Shown: positions 13,040 through 25,599 of the stretch, piece after piece
Position numbering within the stretch: the stretch's first letter is position 1
Layout of the letters: the number at the start of each line of letters is the position of its first letter
Assembly (NCBI GenBank): GCA_001643675.2
Contig: LSRY02000048.1
Location: 558,001-622,000, forward strand
Reading direction: 5' to 3'
DNA length: 64,000 nucleotides
Source of the DNA: Monocercomonoides exilis PA203
Taxonomy: Eukaryota > Protista > Preaxostyla
The notes under the pieces: generated by a model
Told to the model about the DNA's origin: nothing
Databases searched by the model: none
What the model saw: only the letters and a program-made list of their open reading frames with translations
Translations under genes and position numbers: made by a program

Positions 13040-13899
13040 TTTGGAAATAACACAATTTTCTTGACATGTTATTTTGTCGTTCATTCTATTATATTCATAA
13101 AGATAAAAATAAAATTTCTTCACTCAGACAGAAATTTGAAGTTCAATCATATTCATGCATTCATATTCAAAGAAACTGTGCCATTAGGGAAACTGACATT
13201 TCGGAAATGTTCTTGAAGAAGTTTGTTAAGAATTGACTGATAGGATCGTAAACATTTGTACAAGAATTGGGGCTTGAAACTGCTGAACATATTGATACAA
13301 AATTCGAAGACGATATTATTCAAATTTTGTTGATAGAACTGACAAACAAAAAATATCATTGTTCAAAAGGATAATTCACAAGAGAACAAAAGCGATATAT
13401 ATCAAAAAAACAGCTCAAAAATATTTATCAAATCAATGATCTTGATTCAAAGAGGTTGAACACAAGATTTTCAATGTTATCTGGAGAGACAACGCAAGGG
13501 AAATAGGAGTGGAAAGGATTCGGTATGTCCAGTAAAGACACTTCTGCAACAACTGATTGCTTGCAAGTTAGGCATATCTTTTTGCTCCGTTTTAATATTC
13601 AACCAAAATCGTTTCAAAAAATGAAGAGATTTGTTCTTTTGGAGACAACTCTGAACATCTTGAGCGGATTGCCAATACCGAACCAGAAAAAATGTCTCTT
13701 AATATTTGATTTAAGTTGTCTAAAAGTAATTATCATCTGAAGTAAACTATGCTTGATGTGAATTTCTTGTTGAACGATACAGATTTTTTAGCCATTCTTA
13801 ACCAGCCTTATTATTTTTTCGAGTATCTGTCAAAGTTCAATCCTGTTAAAGTGTGTGACGAGCAGAGTTGGCGGTGCATTCATACATTCATCATTGCAA

Positions 13900-16260
13900 C
13901 CTGTCTAATTTACACATTTAACAGCTGAACGAGCTGCAGGTTTTGATGTCAAGAGAAGGATGCGATTACGCTGTTCATTCACACCACTCATCTGGATTCA
14001 ATGGGAGTGCAGGATTGAATGATACAACAGGAGCAATGTCTGCACTTTACAGACAGCCAAGTCGAATATTTTCAATTCGGCTGGAAGGCTCAAAACTCCC
14101 GCAATACTTTCCTTTTGAAGATCATTTTATATTTAGTGGATGAGACATGCCTCATCAACGCAAACAGCAGAAAAGCCCTCTTTGATTGGCTCTCCTCCGA
14201 ACAGCACACCATTGTTACAGAGTCCACCACACGTTCCGTTGGAGTACATTGCACAGCATCAGATTTTGCACCAGCTCAACTTTTCATTCTCTCGAAACAG
14301 ACAATCAACGTTTGCCTCGCTCTTTTCTGGCCAATCCGTCATCGAAACAGGCTATGCACCATCAACTTGAGCATTTTAGTTTGCGACATTTGCTTTTTAC
14401 ACTCTCATTCAGTCTGTAGCTCCAATGTTTTTTCAGTCGACTGGACAGTAGATACCATAACGGAGCTTTGTCTCTTTTTCTGTGTTTCCAAATTTTCAAC
14501 TTCATGAAGCTCTTCAGCCTCGTTTTTTCACCAATCTTTTGGGTATTCTCGAAACGGCTCCTTCTCTTTCCGTGCATGTGGCAGGTTCAACCACATATCG
14601 TTTTCATCTGTCAGCTCGCATCAGCCTGTTCGCGAATTGACACACGAGCATAATATTATTTTCTTCTTTAAGAACAAGCAGCTTCCTTTTGCTGTGGTGG
14701 AGTTGCGAGTAACTCCAGATCCAACGTCACCTCCTCTGTTCGTTCCAGATGACTAGCCGTATATGTGCAGCTTGAGTGAAATGCAGTTTATGTCTGTTAT
14801 GTCCCTCACAACACGCATCCACCAGGCACACATGAAGATGGACAAGACGGAGCTTGCAAAGCGGTTCTATGCAGCATAGAGAGAGTTTCTGCTCAGAGGA
14901 ATGAAGAAGATAACGGTGTTGGAGCAGTTGCTGAACATTGTTTTGCATATCCTCCGGTCGTATGAACTGTCTACGCTGAAGTCATCGGAGAATTCACATG
15001 TTCTCAACAAGTGATCCAACAACAACAAAGACAACAACAACAATTCAGTTCATTTGGAGCAAGCGCATCTGCGTCACAGCCTTATTCCCTCGATTTGCTG
15101 TCCGAGAAGAAGATTCAATTTGGTTTTGGAGAAGATGCGAAGAAGCGCAAAGGAGATGCAATTTGTCTAATCGAATTCAACTGAATAAGCAGTGGCCTTT
15201 CACATTCTGGTGGCTCAACATTTTCAATTGCAACAGTCTCATCAGAGTCAACAACAGTTTCGTCCACAAACACGAACAACCCTCTGCCTTTGTTGACTCT
15301 GTTTTATCATCTTCAACTTCTGAGCTCTTAAACTGTCTTTAATCTCCATTGTCCACTGAATCCTCGTTGCCTTCCTCAATTATGGCATTCTTGCAGCCTT
15401 CTTCTTCATCTTCTTCAACTTCTTCTATGAGTGAATATGGGCCTGTCTCACACGACAGCATTTTCCGCTCCGTCGGAGCCATTTCGCGGCTAATCATATG
15501 CTTGAAAAGATAATAAAGAAAGTCACAAGATCAGGTTCTGCTTTCTGAATCACTGAAAGAAGTAATTTTCACTTCATTTCATTCATCGTCAGTCAGTCCG
15601 TCCATTGTGCTAACGTTTGCCTATGTCATTCCAGAGTTCTTAAATCAATTATCGAAGTGGCGGAATGCCTTTGTATATCGACTTGATGCTGAACTTCGTT
15701 TTCGGATAATGGAGATTGTTGAATTGCTGAATGAGACGAATCATAGCATAAATGGTCCTGCTGAAAAAATCGATAAAATGCGCAGACTTTTATCGGAGTT
15801 TTCAGGCTTTCTCGACAGAAGAATCGACTTTCAGATGGAGTTGCATGATGTGAGCGAAGAGATCAGTCAGCTTGTGAAATATCAACCAAAAGACAACAAG
15901 AAGATTCTATCACTTATGAATGAAGCAACTGAATTGAACCGTGCTTTGGAGAAGAAACATTCAGAATTTTTTGTATCGCTGGAAACAAAGAAGAGGCAGT
16001 TCGCTGGATAACTTTGGGGCAACAAAGGAGACTTTGTGTTCAGATCCTCAGTTTTGGTAAATCGTGCATTTTCTGTTCTTGCATTGCCGAATGATCCATA
16101 TAGAGACACATTTATGCAGACAGAGACTGCACAGCGTTATTTCGACCATGTGAAGGAGAAGAAAGCAAAGCAACGGGAGCTCAACAGCGATGAGGTGCTT
16201 TTGTGATGAAATTGAAAACTTTTCGACAATTGAACGATTTGGATGGGGAATCACATTATG
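13900..16260 (+). pseudogene. Degenerate gene of unknown function with a C-terminal coiled-coil-like segment
   Basis: Higher-GC coding-like stretch broken by stops and frameshifts. Pieces include 14019-14507, PPLFVPDD*PYMCSLSEMQF near 14730, and the helical ORF 15607-16011. Boundaries are approximate. Confidence 0.35.
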
Positions 16261-17409
16261 AACGAAACCTGTTTGTTCTCATTGATGATAAATGAAGGTT
16301 TGAAAGGAAAAAATGAGAGGATCCTGAAGTGGAAAAAAAACTTGTCAGAGGAGAAAGATCCTAAAAACAATCTCCTCATCATCAAGCAATAATTAAATGC
16401 AAACTATTAATGTCCATCACAGTGTGCTCTTTTTGAAAAGTTATTTATTCTGAATGTGCCTGAATTATCAATTTGATTCTCAAGATTCTTTTGTTGTTAA
16501 TATATCTCTCTCCACTTTTCCTTCCTATTTTCAAAAAAAAGAAAAATAAGATATTTGTATGATATAAAAATACTATTTTTAATAACACAACTGAACTTTT
16601 TAGAAGAAAATTCCAATATCATCATCATTTCTCCATATCTTTCTAAAATAATAAAACATTGGATTTTTTTTTTCATTTATTTGTTTTTTTAATAATAAAG
16701 TTTCCAATAAAAACAACCGACTTTCAATATTTTAAGATGCAATAGATTATGCAACTATATTTGAGAAATAGCACTTCTTTATACAATTAAAATGCAAGTG
16801 GAATCTTTTTCAAAATAGGAGTGAAGTGAAGAAAATGAAAACAAAAAATTGTCATACAAAAATATCGTTTTTTGTCTAAAAATATTTTTTAAAAGATATT
16901 ATTCAAATTTAGAGATCCAATTTCAATAAACTGAACAAATTTTAATTGTTGAACTTGTAGCAGAAACGATAGCCACTATTTGTTTTATAATTATTCTCAA
17001 AAACAAAAACACATCATTTAACATTTTCTGACAAATTACATTTTTATGTTTATTATAAATAAAATTCTCATTAAACAAAAACAAAACTTGAAGATAAGAA
17101 AATGAAGTTTTCTTATCGAAATAATTCAACAACCCATTTTTGATTATTCTTAATGTGAGTTGTTCAATGATTGATGACTTTGGAATGGAGTTAACAACTG
17201 AAGAGTTATTTTGATTATTCGTTTACACAATTATTTAAGTTTTCAAATGCGAATGCGAAAAAATGTTATCCAGAGTTTTATTAACAACCTTTTTAAATTT
17301 CATTGTTCAACAAGATGTTCTGAAAGATTTGTCGAAAGAATAATTTTAAAAACGTGTGAATTGTTTTTTTATTGTCATGATTAACATTGATTCTTGTGAA
17401 TAAAGAAAG

Positions 17410-18653
17410 ATTATGCAAAAGTTTTCTTTATTTGTATTATCTTTTTCAAATTTGTTTCAATATTTCATAGTGAACAAACTATCATCTATTATGCTATCCT
17501 TCCCAACCTCAACAGCCCTACCACTTCTCTTTATGCCTTCAACGCCTCTTTTCTCCATCAGACAAGATTTTTATCAAATGAACTTGTAAAATATAATGGA
17601 TCTGAATCTCACAGAGAGAAATAATGTTGATTGCCCTTTGCTGAATTGTATAGCTATCGCTTTTAATTGTGCAAATGGAATGAATATTATAGAGGAAATG
17701 GATCTGCTGGTGGTGCACTCTTTGTTGCATGTTCAAATGCAAACCTTGCGATTTTTTCATGCTCATTCAACAATTGTTCTTGCACAGGTGGCTGGGAAGG
17801 AGGAGCATTGTTCTGCGGAAATTTGTTGAAAATTAATGTCACAAAATCTAATTTCACTAGCTGTTCAGCTGCTTATGGAGGAGCAAATTGTTTTGGTGGA
17901 TCGCTATCAAATTCTGTTTGGACTTTCTCAGATAACAGAGTTGAAAATTGTTCAACAACATACTGGTGTGGAACTGGTAGGTATTTTAACATGGGAAGTA
18001 CACCAAGTGCTCGATTCTTGTTTACTAAATGCAAGTGCATCTCAAATTCCGGTGGTGATGCTGCTGGCTCTCTCACATTTCACTTGCCTCCAAATAACAA
18101 GCCCAACCTGTTTTCAATTGTTGAGTGAAAGTTCATCAATAATAAGTTAACTTCATCATCCACATGGGGTGGTGCCGGAATATACTTTGATGGAACATAC
18201 CCTTGGATGAATGAAATAAGATTCATCACATTCTGCTTCTTCGACAGCAAAACAGCAATTAATTGAAGAGGGAATGATGTGTTCTTTTACGGAAGTGATA
18301 TTACACAATCCCTATTCCAGCAATGTGGTTCAACAACCCAAGCAAAAAGAGTGTATAATAATGGACAAGCTGATAATGCTGTGTACAACGGCTGGCTCTC
18401 TCTCATTGCCCAGAACAAAATCGTTGCAAATTGTGGAACTTATGTCGATACATGTGGCAAAACACAGCAAAGCCCATGTGCCACGGTGGAGTATGCTCTC
18501 GGATGCGTTGCTCCCTTCAGTGATGCCTCCCTCTCTCTTCTCGTCTCCATTTTCACTCCCACAAGCACTCTCACATTTCATGCCTCAAATACAAAAATCA
18601 TTGGTAATGATAAATTTATTCAAAATTCATCAGAATTTCATTCCATTAATTAA
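17410..18653 (+). pseudogene. Truncated, disrupted Cys-rich surface protein with GGA(L/I) beta-helix-type repeats
   Basis: GGALF...CSFNNC...GGALFC...SNFTSCSAAYGGA repeats, in-frame stops, and a CG...SPCATVEYAL module ending abruptly at GND. Confidence 0.65.
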
Positions 18654-19249
18654 GTTTGAATATTTTCCAAATCATAGAAAACTCCTTAAGCTTTCACATC
18701 ACTTTCAACTGAAGAAAATATCTCATTTGTTTTTCGAGAAGTCTATCATCCGATCAGATAAAAATATTTCTTGAAAATATCTTTTCCTATTTTCTTCTTT
18801 TCAACAAAAACAAAATTATTTAAAAATGAACCGTTTTCAAATATTTAAAATATTTTCAAAAATATTTTATGTTTTATTCAAACGATTGAACCATTTTTCA
18901 CATGAAATGGAGCAGACATTTTTTTCACAACTTCAAAAGTTAAATTCAATGCAGTTGTCATTTAAAATTCAAACGACAACCTGCAAATGCTAGTATTTTG
19001 ATATCGTTTTTGTTTTATATCAATTCGTTTCTGGTTTCAATTACATTTCTTTTTAAAAAAGAAATGAAAACCTTTTTCTCAAATATTTTTTTTCTCAAAT
19101 AATTTATTTATTTCCAAAAAGATATTCTGTGAAAAAAATATAAATCGACAAATGAAATCAATTTTTCCATCAAAAATTTATATCAATTTAAAAATACTAA
19201 TCAATAAGAAACAAAATTTGATATTTTCTTTATTACTAATATATCGATA

Positions 19250-19482
19250 GATCATGGCGTTTTGGACATTTCATTTTTTTGCTCGAAACAACATAAAATT
19301 ATATTTTCAGCTTATGAAGCATAGAAAAAACCTCTTTCAATGTTGACCAAAACGCCCAAATAATTTGATTAATTTATGATCAAGAATTTCATATATGTGA
19401 TAATTTTTGAAAGTATTTACATTTAATTTGTGAATATTATTGCTTTATAAATGCAAACATGTCATCAGAAAATAGTTTTATT
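19250..19482 (+). repeat. Left TIR of element 2 (cassette C 19250-19381 plus inner extension)
   Basis: Reverse-complement match to 24697-24931, e.g. TTTGTGAATATTATTGCTTTATAAATGC...GTCATCAGAAAAT. Confidence 0.85.
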
Positions 19483-19673
19483 GTTTTTATAGGTTTATTT
19501 GAGGTTATTATAAAATCTGAAACATTAATTTCTTATTTGAGAAAAAATATTGATATTTGTTTTTGTTTATCGAAACTTTTGTATTGAAAATACAATTAAA
19601 ACAATAATTGTTGAGCTGTTAAACTTTTATTAATTGATAACAATTCCATAATAAATTGAAAAAAATCGCAAAT

Positions 19674-22600
19674 ATGTCATTTTCTAAACAAGAGTCAACT
19701 CTTAATTCACGATGCAACGTTCTGTGGAAAGAAATACAACGCATAGGTGGAAATGACGTTGATTCATTGCTCGTCTATTTGTTTTACAACTACAGAAAAT
19801 CATCTTCAGTAATTAATGATTTACTGAAATCCTTGAATGGTTTCGACATCAAAATTTTTAGATTGATAATAACTTATATTTTTCTCTTGAAATATTAATT
19901 TTTTATTTATATTGGTTTTTTTTGTTATTGCAAAAACTCAGAATATTACGAAATACTTCTTAAAGATCTCTCTGTTGTGTACAAGCACGCACAATTGCAC
20001 ACGCAAACTATGATCCTTCAAGCACTGACGCGTAATGCATCATTATCTGAGCTTCTGGAATATGGATTTGATATCACTGAAGGAAAGTATAATTATGCAA
20101 AACAAACTCTTATAAAAAACCAAGGATTTTTAATACCAGCACAATTGCCTCACACGCCATCATGCAAAAGTGGTTTGCATTAAATTCAATTTAAATTTCA
20201 TTTTTTTTCTATTTTTTTATTTCTTTTTTTAATTTTTTTTTTTTAGGACTTAATGAAAAAGATTGGGAAAAGGGCAACAATTGGATGTTGGCCCATTCCA
20301 CAGAGGCATCAACGTCATTGCAATCAGCCAAGAAAAAACCAAAAAAGGTTCCCGATTACGCACAGTTCATAGAGGAATCTGCATGGGATAATATCATCAT
20401 CACAGAAAAAAATAATTCTCACAATAAACAATCTTCTACATCAGAAAAATCGTGCCAACATAATAAAAAATCAAATTTGGTATCAGAAAAAAAATCTTCT
20501 CCATCTCATGCAGTTAACGATCCTATTAACACTCCACTTCGAGCTGAAAGATGGACAACAAAAATCAAACAAAATAATACACTTCATTCCCGTCGAACTT
20601 CTCCATCACCAATACCATTTCATAAACTACTAAAACAAAAATCTCCCATTTCATCATCATCTTCTCCTTCTCCTTCTCCTTCTCCTTCTCTTTCTCTTTC
20701 TCTATCTCTTTCTCCCACTATTTCTTTGGCTTCCACTTATCCCTCTTCTTCTCCCTCTTCTTCTTCTTCTTCTTCTTCTTCTTCTTCTTCTTCTAATTCA
20801 AATAATTCTTCTTCTTCCTCCTCTTCCTCCTCATCTTCTTCTTCTCCATTAAATTCTTCTTCTTCTTCTTCCAATCTAATTTCTTCTGATGATTCTGACA
20901 TTGATTTATCTGCTTGTACACCTGTCAATGATACCACCTCCCTTCCTTCTCCTTATCCTTCTCCTCTTTCTAATTCTTCTCAATCTTCATCTTCTTCCTC
21001 TTCCTCTTCTTCCTTTTCGATCAATGTGAAAAGAAAAGATACAATCAATACTTCTCCAGAAGACAAAGCAACTTCATCTTTTCACAACGAAAATATGTGG
21101 GTTAGCGGCCAACTTATGGAATATGTCACCTCACCCACTCTTATTCCTCCTCATGCGTTCCAAAATCTAGTCTCATCTGTCACAAAAGAGAGCAACATTT
21201 CAACACAACAACAAAAGTCACAGTTTATTACAAGAGATAATTCAACAAATTTTGATCCGTTTATTTCTTCTTCATCCAAATCAACGGCTAATGTTTTTAA
21301 ATTCACACCAAATACTCCATTAAAAACAGTAAAAGGGTTGGCAAATCTTGGAAACACATGTTACTTGGCATCTCTTCTGCAATGCTGGTCCTCGATCTGC
21401 AGTTCAAAACCAACGATCTTCACAAAATCACATTCAAATAAGACATTATCTTCTCGAATGATGAGTATATGCAATCAAATCCTCAAAGATGGAACAAAAG
21501 TGCATTCATGGATCCCATCAGTTGTTAGCAAATGGGAAGACTTTTGCGGATATGGAAGCAAACAGCAGCAGAATGTTTCAGAAGCTTTCGAAAATCTTCA
21601 TCAATTGTTTGAAAAAGACGGATTATTAAAACAAGATAGTTTCAATCCAGTTATTATTTCACATATGAAATGCGTGAAATGTCAAAAACTCACATCACAT
21701 ATCGACAACATCAACAATAGCATAATCATCAATTCTTCATCTACTCACAATGGTTTATCTTCTTTGTTTTCAACTGAAATACTAGATGGGAAAAATAGTG
21801 TATATTGTGAAGAGTGCAAAGAAAAATGCTGCACTGCCAGGTGGGAGGAAATGATTTCGTTTCCGGAGGTACTGGCCCTCTCCCATGAATGTACCAATCC
21901 TGCTGGTTCTCATCCTTCTCGAACACTTCTTATCGAGACTGATATGTCGAATAAACGTTCATTTTGCAAAGGATTTGCAAATGAAAATATAACTTCATTT
22001 CACAACCAAAATAAAGAAACAACATTCTATCACTTAATTGGACAAATCCTTCATAAACAGTTTGATAATAGCAACGGTCATTACATTGCCGTTGTGGTAA
22101 GAAAGAAAGGAATTAGAAAGATGTGGATCACCTGTAACGATGATGATATTAAACAATTTGATAGTGACAATTGGACTAAGACTTGGAAAGAACTTTACGC
22201 ACAGGGTTACACTCCTTCACTTTCATTCTACGTAAAAGAAAACTCACTATCTACGCATCCAACTATTCAATTTGGTGGTTCCTCTATTTCTTCCTCCTCT
22301 TCTCAATCTTTAAATATCAACAACACAAACACAGACACAACTCCACCATCATCGTTCATCACACCACCGCATAGTTCAACTTCCATTCCTCAATTAACTT
22401 CTTCAATCACATCTTCATGTGGATTGGAAGCATTAAAAGAAAAAAGAAAGAAAATGGGCATTTTTTCTCCCAACGAAAAGAGATTAATCTTCAAGCCCAA
22501 GACGAAATTATGGAAAGAGTTTTCTGAAGAAACGAACATCAAAGTTTCTTTGTCTCACTTTTACAAACTCACTTCAAACTTCTCCAAAGCAAAAAGGCGC

Positions 22601-23719
22601 ACAGATCTCTGTGGGATGTGCGAGAAACTCAACTATCTGGAAAACAAATTAAAGTCATCTCAAAACAAAAATGGACTGTCTGAAGCAGAGTTTCATTCAC
22701 TTAAATTACTTCGTCAACATCGTCTTGTTGCAGAAATGCAACGAAAACATTATCAATCGACTGTCGACAATCTGAAAGAGGGAGAAGCAGTCTTCGTCTT
22801 CGACTTCAAAGAGAAATGGAAACTCCCCATCAGAAAAAATCAACTTCAACAAGAATTCTTTAATTACCAACAAGTTTCTCAATTCACAATCATCTCTCTT
22901 CAAAAAATTAATAATCAACAAATAAAAAGAACTTTCAACTTCTTCTCCGACTGCCTCTCAAATGATCACAGATTTGTTATTGAGTGTCTGGAATCTGTGA
23001 TCAAAAGACACTTCTTCTCAGACACTCACACTTTTAAGTTCTTCTGCGATTCGGGTCCACACAACCGAAATCGCTTCCTTCTTCACTTCATCCTCTCAAA
23101 ACAATCCAAACTCCTCAAAAAGAAAAATTCACAACTCAACTTCTTCGCTGAGCACCACGGAAAGAATATCTGTGATAGTGAATTTGGTGCGTTAGTGAAT
23201 GCAATCGATAACAATCTTTCGACTGAGCACATCACTACACTTCATGATTTGATCAACTTCTTCGAAAACAATATGAATGTTTCAACATCTGTTTCATCAT
23301 CTTCGCAATTGAATATTTTTGAATCATCCTCATCAAACAACTCCCCATCGTCAACATCTATCAAGGAGTGTGTGCATGAGAGGTACTTTGAAGAGTATGT
23401 ACCATCTCAGCAAATTTCATGGCCGTCATTGTCAGTCCCTCACATGAAGGACTATTTATATTTTGAGCGCAAGGGCTCATTTGTCTGCGCATCTGCTGTT
23501 GGATATCTTCCTCAACGCTCTCTGGTTGCCCTCGAATCTTCGACAATGAAAGAAAAAGTGCAACGTTCAAGAAAGTCATTTCACTCTGATATCACATCAT
23601 CTAACTCTTCTCTTCTTTCTCAATCTTCTCAAGATCTTCTTTCAAGAAGATTTGAGCTTCTTCTTGACTCTTCATCTTTAAATGAATCTCAAAATTGTAT
23701 TAATGGTGTCCCTTATTAA
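19674..23719 (+). CDS. Sola-like DDD transposase with an inserted ubiquitin-specific protease (USP/C19) domain; exons 19674-19839, 19942-20172, 20247-23719 (~1289 aa)
   Basis: Two GT-AG phase-1 introns restore one frame. USP motifs: GLANLGNTCYLASLLQC (Cys 21359), QQNVSE, CVKC/CEEC, FPEVL, GHYIAVV (His 22079), W...CNDD. Transposase motifs: KRLI..K..LWKEF...KVSLSHFYKL, DLCGMC, H, then Asp codons at 22802 (DFKE), 23048 (CDSG) and 23174 (HGKNICDSEFG). Confidence 0.85.
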
Positions 23720-24696
23720 GAAACTAGTTGTTGTGCATGCTTAGCTGGCACTCTATCGGAAGGGTGCTGGACATGACTGTTCGTATTAGATATTGCAGCC
23801 TTCGGGCTGCTTTATCCGGACCTGGATACGACGAACAGCCTCCCAGGTGCACAACAGTTAGAATCCGATTGTTTTCTGAATGTTTCTGTCCAGATAATGT
23901 CCCTATTTTCATTTTATTATTGTCCCGAATGTGAATTATGTTTATGAATAAATAGAGATTCATTTTTTGATGGGTGTTGTGAAGAGTTTCAATGATTTTT
24001 GAATTTGATCTTAGGAAAGGAGAATAGCTGAGAGTGTGAAGTGATGTTTCATCACTGTGTCTGCCTTTTTTCTCTGTTGAATTTGATCTTTCTGAGTTTG
24101 GACAAGAGAAATATCAGAAAGTGCTGAGTGGGTTGAAAACAAAGGATTAACAGTCAAGTTTGTTTTTGAACCAAAAGTATTTGTATTCTTTTGTGTTTTG
24201 AATTGACTATGATGCCATGCATTTGTTGATATAGTAATGCTTTTTATTGAATCTTTTATTGTTCATATGAATTGATATTGAATTGACTGTCGGGAAATGT
24301 TTTAATGATGATATAGTAAAAATAATTTTTTTTGAAAGTGATGCAACAAGAAAAGAAACATATTTGTTGTTTTCTATTTTTAAGATGATTAATACAATGA
24401 AGTGCTAATGTTATTTATGTGTTATTTTGTTTTATGATTGTTATCGAATTAGCAATGTATTTATTTTTCTGTTTTTATTATCACTGAATATTCATCAACT
24501 GTTGTTGTAACTCAACAATGAAGATATTGATATCAAAACAATTATATATTGAATGGAAGAATAATAATAAGCATTTTCATTCAAAAACAAAACATTTTTT
24601 AAGAGACAAAAATTTCAATGATATTTTTCTGATATAAGGTGTTTATTCAATGAAATATGAAAAAACTACTTTTCACCTTATGTGAATCTAACATAA

Positions 24697-24931
24697 TTTA
24701 ATAACGATTTTCTGATGACTTGCAAGCATTAATAAAGCAATATTATTCACAAATAAAATGAATAATATTCAAACAAATATCACATTTCCAAAATTAATGA
24801 TCATAATAAAACCAAATTATTTGTGCATTTTGGTCAACATTGAAAGTCACTTTTTCCGTGCTTTATAAGCTGAAAATATCATTTTATGCTGTTTTGAGCA
24901 AAAAAATAAAATGACCAAAACGCACATGATC
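24697..24931 (-). repeat. Right TIR of element 2 (cassette D 24799-24931 plus inner extension)
   Basis: Inverted copy of 19250-19482. Confidence 0.85.
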
Positions 24932-24964
24932 TTATTAATATATTTTAAAACATTCGAAATTCTT

Positions 24965-25096
24965 GATCATAAATTAACCAAATTATTTGTGCGTTTTGGG
25001 CAAAAGTGGAGGAGGACTTTTCAACACCAGATAGTTGTTAAATATCATTTTATGCTGTTTTGAGCAAAAAAATGAAATGCCCACAACGCCATGATC
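24965..25096 (-). repeat. Extra (solo/tandem) terminal cassette E, 132 bp
   Basis: The reverse complement reads GATCATGGCGTTGTGGGCATTTCATTTTTTTGCTCAAAACAGCATAAAATGATATT...AAAACGCACAAATAATTTGGTTAATTTATGATC, closely matching cassette C. Confidence 0.8.
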
Positions 25097-25599
25097 ATGT
25101 CAATTAATAAAAATTTTTTTTTTGAAAAATAAAAAAAGATTATCAATTTTATAGATATTGCATTCAATTGATGAATATTTGATTTGACCGTTATTAAAAT
25201 ATATTGTAAACTTGCAAAATATATAAGAAGTGTGCTTTTTTTCGTATATTCTCTCCAATTTTTTTATCATAAGAACAAATCATAAACATATTATCTCAAT
25301 TTCAAATTTTATTTGTTTTATATGAAAACAGTTCAGCATTTATCTTTTTTTGAAAAAAGGTGTGCATTATTTCTATGAGTTTAATGGAACACATTTCTGA
25401 AAAAACTGCTTTTTCTTTTAGTGTTGTTTGTTGGTCGAATGGCATTTCACTCTCTTTGATTATCATCATCAACAACAACAGCCAACCCCAAATTTTCAAC
25501 AAGGGAGTCACCTTAAATACTTCTGTAAATGCTTCTCCATCCAGTCATCATTCATCAGGCTCGAAGGAGTTGGCTGATTCAAAAATTCACTGAACCGAA

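Larger units (their letters stand above)
19250..24931 (+). mobile_element. Element 2: Sola-like (DDD) DNA transposon, 5.7 kb, ~230-bp imperfect TIRs, encoding a transposase-USP fusion
   Basis: Left end GATCATGGCGTTTTGGACATTTC, right end AAATGACCAAAACGCACATGATC. Inverted similarity extends inward to ~19482 and ~24697. There is one intact spliced gene with the transposase motifs DFKE, CDSGPHNRN and FFAEHHGKNICDSEFG. Confidence 0.85.

Noticed and set aside
23724-23963. Short overlapping ORFs in the 3' part of element 2 as an accessory gene
   Set aside because: They are under 80 aa with no recognisable motif and no counterpart in element 1.
9115-25096. A single outer element 9115-25096 with element 2 nested inside, as the only model
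   Set aside because: Element 1 has its own matching right TIR at 12908-13039, so it is self-contained. The larger unit is kept only as a hypothesis.
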